From: an uncultured Gemmatimonadaceae bacterium
GTDB taxonomy: Bacteria; Gemmatimonadota; Gemmatimonadetes; Longimicrobiales; RSA9
NCBI GenBank assembly: GCA_964465415.1
Contig: CAYXJH010000001.1
Location: 1-37,063 of the forward strand
Length of the DNA: 37,063 nt
Direction: 5' to 3'
The notes under the pieces are model-generated. The model was given only the letters and a program-made list of their open reading frames with translations. It was not told the DNA's origin and did no database searches. Position numbers and translations under genes: made by a program. Below are positions 34,956-37,063 of the stretch, piece after piece; the stretch's first letter is position 1, and each line of letters starts with the position of its first letter.

Positions 34956-36527
34956 TTACGGCCGGCGAAGGACCGTCCCGTGGCGGCCGCCGGTGAACTC
35001 TCCATCGCGGATGGCGAACCGGCCATCCACCAGCAGGTGCACGACCCCCTCCGCGTATTGATGCGGATCCGTATAGGTCGCCGGGCTGTGGAGGCGGTCC
35101 AGGTCGAACACGACCAGGTCCGCCGCCATGCCCGGCCGAATCAGCCCACGACCCACGAGCCCGTACACGCGGGCCGGCAGATCGGTCATCGACCGGATCG
35201 CCGCCGGCACGTCCGTGACGCCTCGCTCGACCGCATACACGGCGATCCGGCGCGGGAAGGTGCCGTAGGCCCGCGGGTGCGGAACGCCGTCGCCCAGGGC
35301 CACGTACTCGCCGTCCGAAGCCGTCATGGTCCACTCCTGGCGCATGAACCGGACGACATCGTCCTCATCCATGTTGAACGACACGATACCGGCCCCCCCG
35401 ACCAGGAGCATCTCCAGCGCCACATCGACCGGATCCCGGCCTCGCTCCTCGGACACCTGGGCCAGCGTACGACCTTCCACCGACGGGTCGGGCCCGTGGC
35501 GGCGAAACTGGACTCGATCCGCCCCACCCCTGCGCTCGAGGTTCGCCGCCATGTCGGCCTTCAGCCGGTCACGGTCGGCAGGCCGGCGAGCCCGCGCCAG
35601 GAGGGAATCCGCCCCGCCGGCCAGCGCCCAGCGAGGCGCGAGGGCACCGGACAGGCTGGTGGCGGACGCTTCGTACGGATACTGGTCGGCGAAGATCCGG
35701 AGTCCGTCCTCCCGGGCGCGCTCCACGCGCTCGACCACCTCCGGCGACAGGCCCCAGACCGACGGACCCAGCGCCTTGATGTGACTCACGACGCCAATCA
35801 CGCCCGTCCGCCTGGAGATCTCGATCAGCTCGTCGACGGCCGCCAGGAGCCCGATGGTGAAATCACCCTCATCCCGGATGTGGCTCTGATGGACCCCATC
35901 GAACTCCGCCACCACCGTCGCCAGCGCGGCAAGCTCGTCGGTATCGGCATAGCTGCCCGGGGCATAGTACGGGCCGCTGGACATGCCCACCGCCCCGGCC
36001 TCCATCCCGGCCCGGACCAGAGTGCGCATGCGGTCCTGCTCGCCGGCGTCCGGCGCACGATCGGACATCCCCAGCACCGCCCGGCGAACCGCGCCATGGG
36101 GGATCAGCTGCGCCACATGGACGCCCAACCCGTGCTCCAGCAGCGCGCGCCGCTGGGCTACGAGGTCGATCGCGCCGCTGCCGTCCGGGTTTACCACGAC
36201 CGTCGTGATGCCCTGGGCGAGGAGGGCCCGGCCATCGCTGAGGCCCTCCGTGGTCAGGCCGGCGGCGGCATGCGAATGAGAATCGATGAAACCGGGGGCC
36301 AGCTGGAGCCCCGACAGGTCCACCGTGTCCCGGGCCTCGGCATGGGCGAGCGGACCGACCGCGGCGATCCGGCCAGCCCGCACCGCGACATCCGCCAGGA
36401 AGGGCGCCGTTCCGGAGCCGTCGATGACGTGGGCCTGACGCAGCAGGAGATCGTACGGCGCCTCGTCGAACATCTGCCCGTACACCAGGCCGGGCGTACA
36501 GAGCAAGAGCGCCAGCGCACGTATCAT
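34956..36527 (-). CDS. N-acyl-D-amino acid deacylase family amidohydrolase with signal peptide
   Basis: IDGSG, APGFIDSHSH, QGITT, SHIRDE, SHIK, DQYPY.AS.T, ASDG, PHPRAYGTFPR and RG.I..G..ADLVVFD. Confidence 0.9.
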   Translation of the reverse strand: MIRALALLLCTPGLVYGQMFDEAPYDLLLRQAHVIDGSGTAPFLADVAVRAGRIAAVGPLAHAEARDTVDLSGLQLAPGFIDSHSHAAAGLTTEGLSDGRALLAQGITTVVVNPDGSGAIDLVAQRRALLEHGLGVHVAQLIPHGAVRRAVLGMSDRAPDAGEQDRMRTLVRAGMEAGAVGMSSGPYYAPGSYADTDELAALATVVAEFDGVHQSHIRDEGDFTIGLLAAVDELIEISRRTGVIGVVSHIKALGPSVWGLSPEVVERVERAREDGLRIFADQYPYEASATSLSGALAPRWALAGGADSLLARARRPADRDRLKADMAANLERRGGADRVQFRRHGPDPSVEGRTLAQVSEERGRDPVDVALEMLLVGGAGIVSFNMDEDDVVRFMRQEWTMTASDGEYVALGDGVPHPRAYGTFPRRIAVYAVERGVTDVPAAIRSMTDLPARVYGLVGRGLIRPGMAADLVVFDLDRLHSPATYTDPHQYAEGVVHLLVDGRFAIRDGEFTGGRHGTVLRRP

Positions 36528-37063
36528 GGACGGCGCTCCACACCCGGACGGTAGCTGCGCACCAGCGTGCGAGCGATGTCGTCCTCGGTGAACGCGATCT
36601 CCTTCCGTCCCAGCTCGACGAACATGCGGAGCTGATCCTCCGAGTGCGGGTGGCCGTCCCGGCTGGACTGGCCGTACGCCAGCACCGTGTACGCGCGCGG
36701 CGGGTCACCGAACTCTACCGCCGAGACCCACCCATCCCCGCCGCGCACCCTGCGCAGGCCGTCTTCATCGTCCCTGAACCAGATGACGCGGAAACAGCCG
36801 AGCAGCCCGTCGCAGCCGCCCACCGGGAGATCCAGCCCGCCCAGTCGCGCCCGGTGCACGTCGCCCCACGCGACGGCCCAGCTCCCCCAGCGCTCCCGGG
36901 TGGCCGGCACCGCCTCCAGGAACGCCGTTACCGCCCGCTCCGGGTCCGCCAACCCTCGTGGAGTGGTCATCGGTCGATCCGGACTCCACGAATCGCGGAA
37001 CAGGCTCTCCGCCGTGGCCGGGAACCCGGCGTACACGGTGGACGGCGGCGAGATCCTGTTCAA
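36524..37063 (-). CDS. Penicillin acylase family (Ntn hydrolase, PvdQ/aculeacin acylase-like), C-terminal part only
   Basis: WGDVHR, LPVGG, GDGWVSAVEFG.PPRAY.VLAYGQS....HPH..DQ..MF. The frame continues past the right edge; the stop overlaps the next ATG. Confidence 0.85.
   Translation of the reverse strand: MNRISPPSTVYAGFPATAESLFRDSWSPDRPMTTPRGLADPERAVTAFLEAVPATRERWGSWAVAWGDVHRARLGGLDLPVGGCDGLLGCFRVIWFRDDEDGLRRVRGGDGWVSAVEFGDPPRAYTVLAYGQSSRDGHPHSEDQLRMFVELGRKEIAFTEDDIARTLVRSYRPGVERRP

Noticed and set aside
34779-36554. Long antisense and alternative-frame ORFs (e.g. 34779..36554, 30893..32461, 10878..12590, 8650..9930, 4431..5612)
   Set aside because: These are expected shadows of real genes in high-GC DNA with scarce stop codons; they are R/P/G-rich and lack motifs.

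Overview
GC-rich bacterial chromosomal segment with about 34 densely packed genes. The gene style suggests a diderm such as Gemmatimonadota, which is inference only. I found no tRNA/rRNA, CRISPR, transposase, integrase or phage genes. The left part has a minus-strand cluster: tandem TonB-C lipoprotein, prfC, a HicA-HicB fusion, rsmD, a thiamine-binding-family protein, DUF72 and ytxJ. The middle has an M28 peptidase, a cold-shock protein, a membrane GDPD, a CoA transferase, an MFS transporter, a cupin, an orphan PAS histidine kinase and an isoaspartyl peptidase. The right part is a 17 kb minus-strand run: penicillin acylase, D-aminoacylase, pspC, tamAB, an NhaC-family transporter, a hydrolase, DUF4920, nrfHA, a HI0933 flavoprotein and a ring-cleaving dioxygenase. 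The most unusual element is a single-chain HicA-HicB fusion whose catalytic His is replaced by Cys. It lies between release factor 3 and an rRNA methyltransferase and overlaps the latter, so it is a candidate domesticated toxin-antitoxin-derived protein. Also notable are nrfHA with no adjacent CXXCK heme lyase, a (GACTTC)n inverted-repeat element and a repeat-expanded TamB. All family calls come from motif recognition by eye; no database searches were run.
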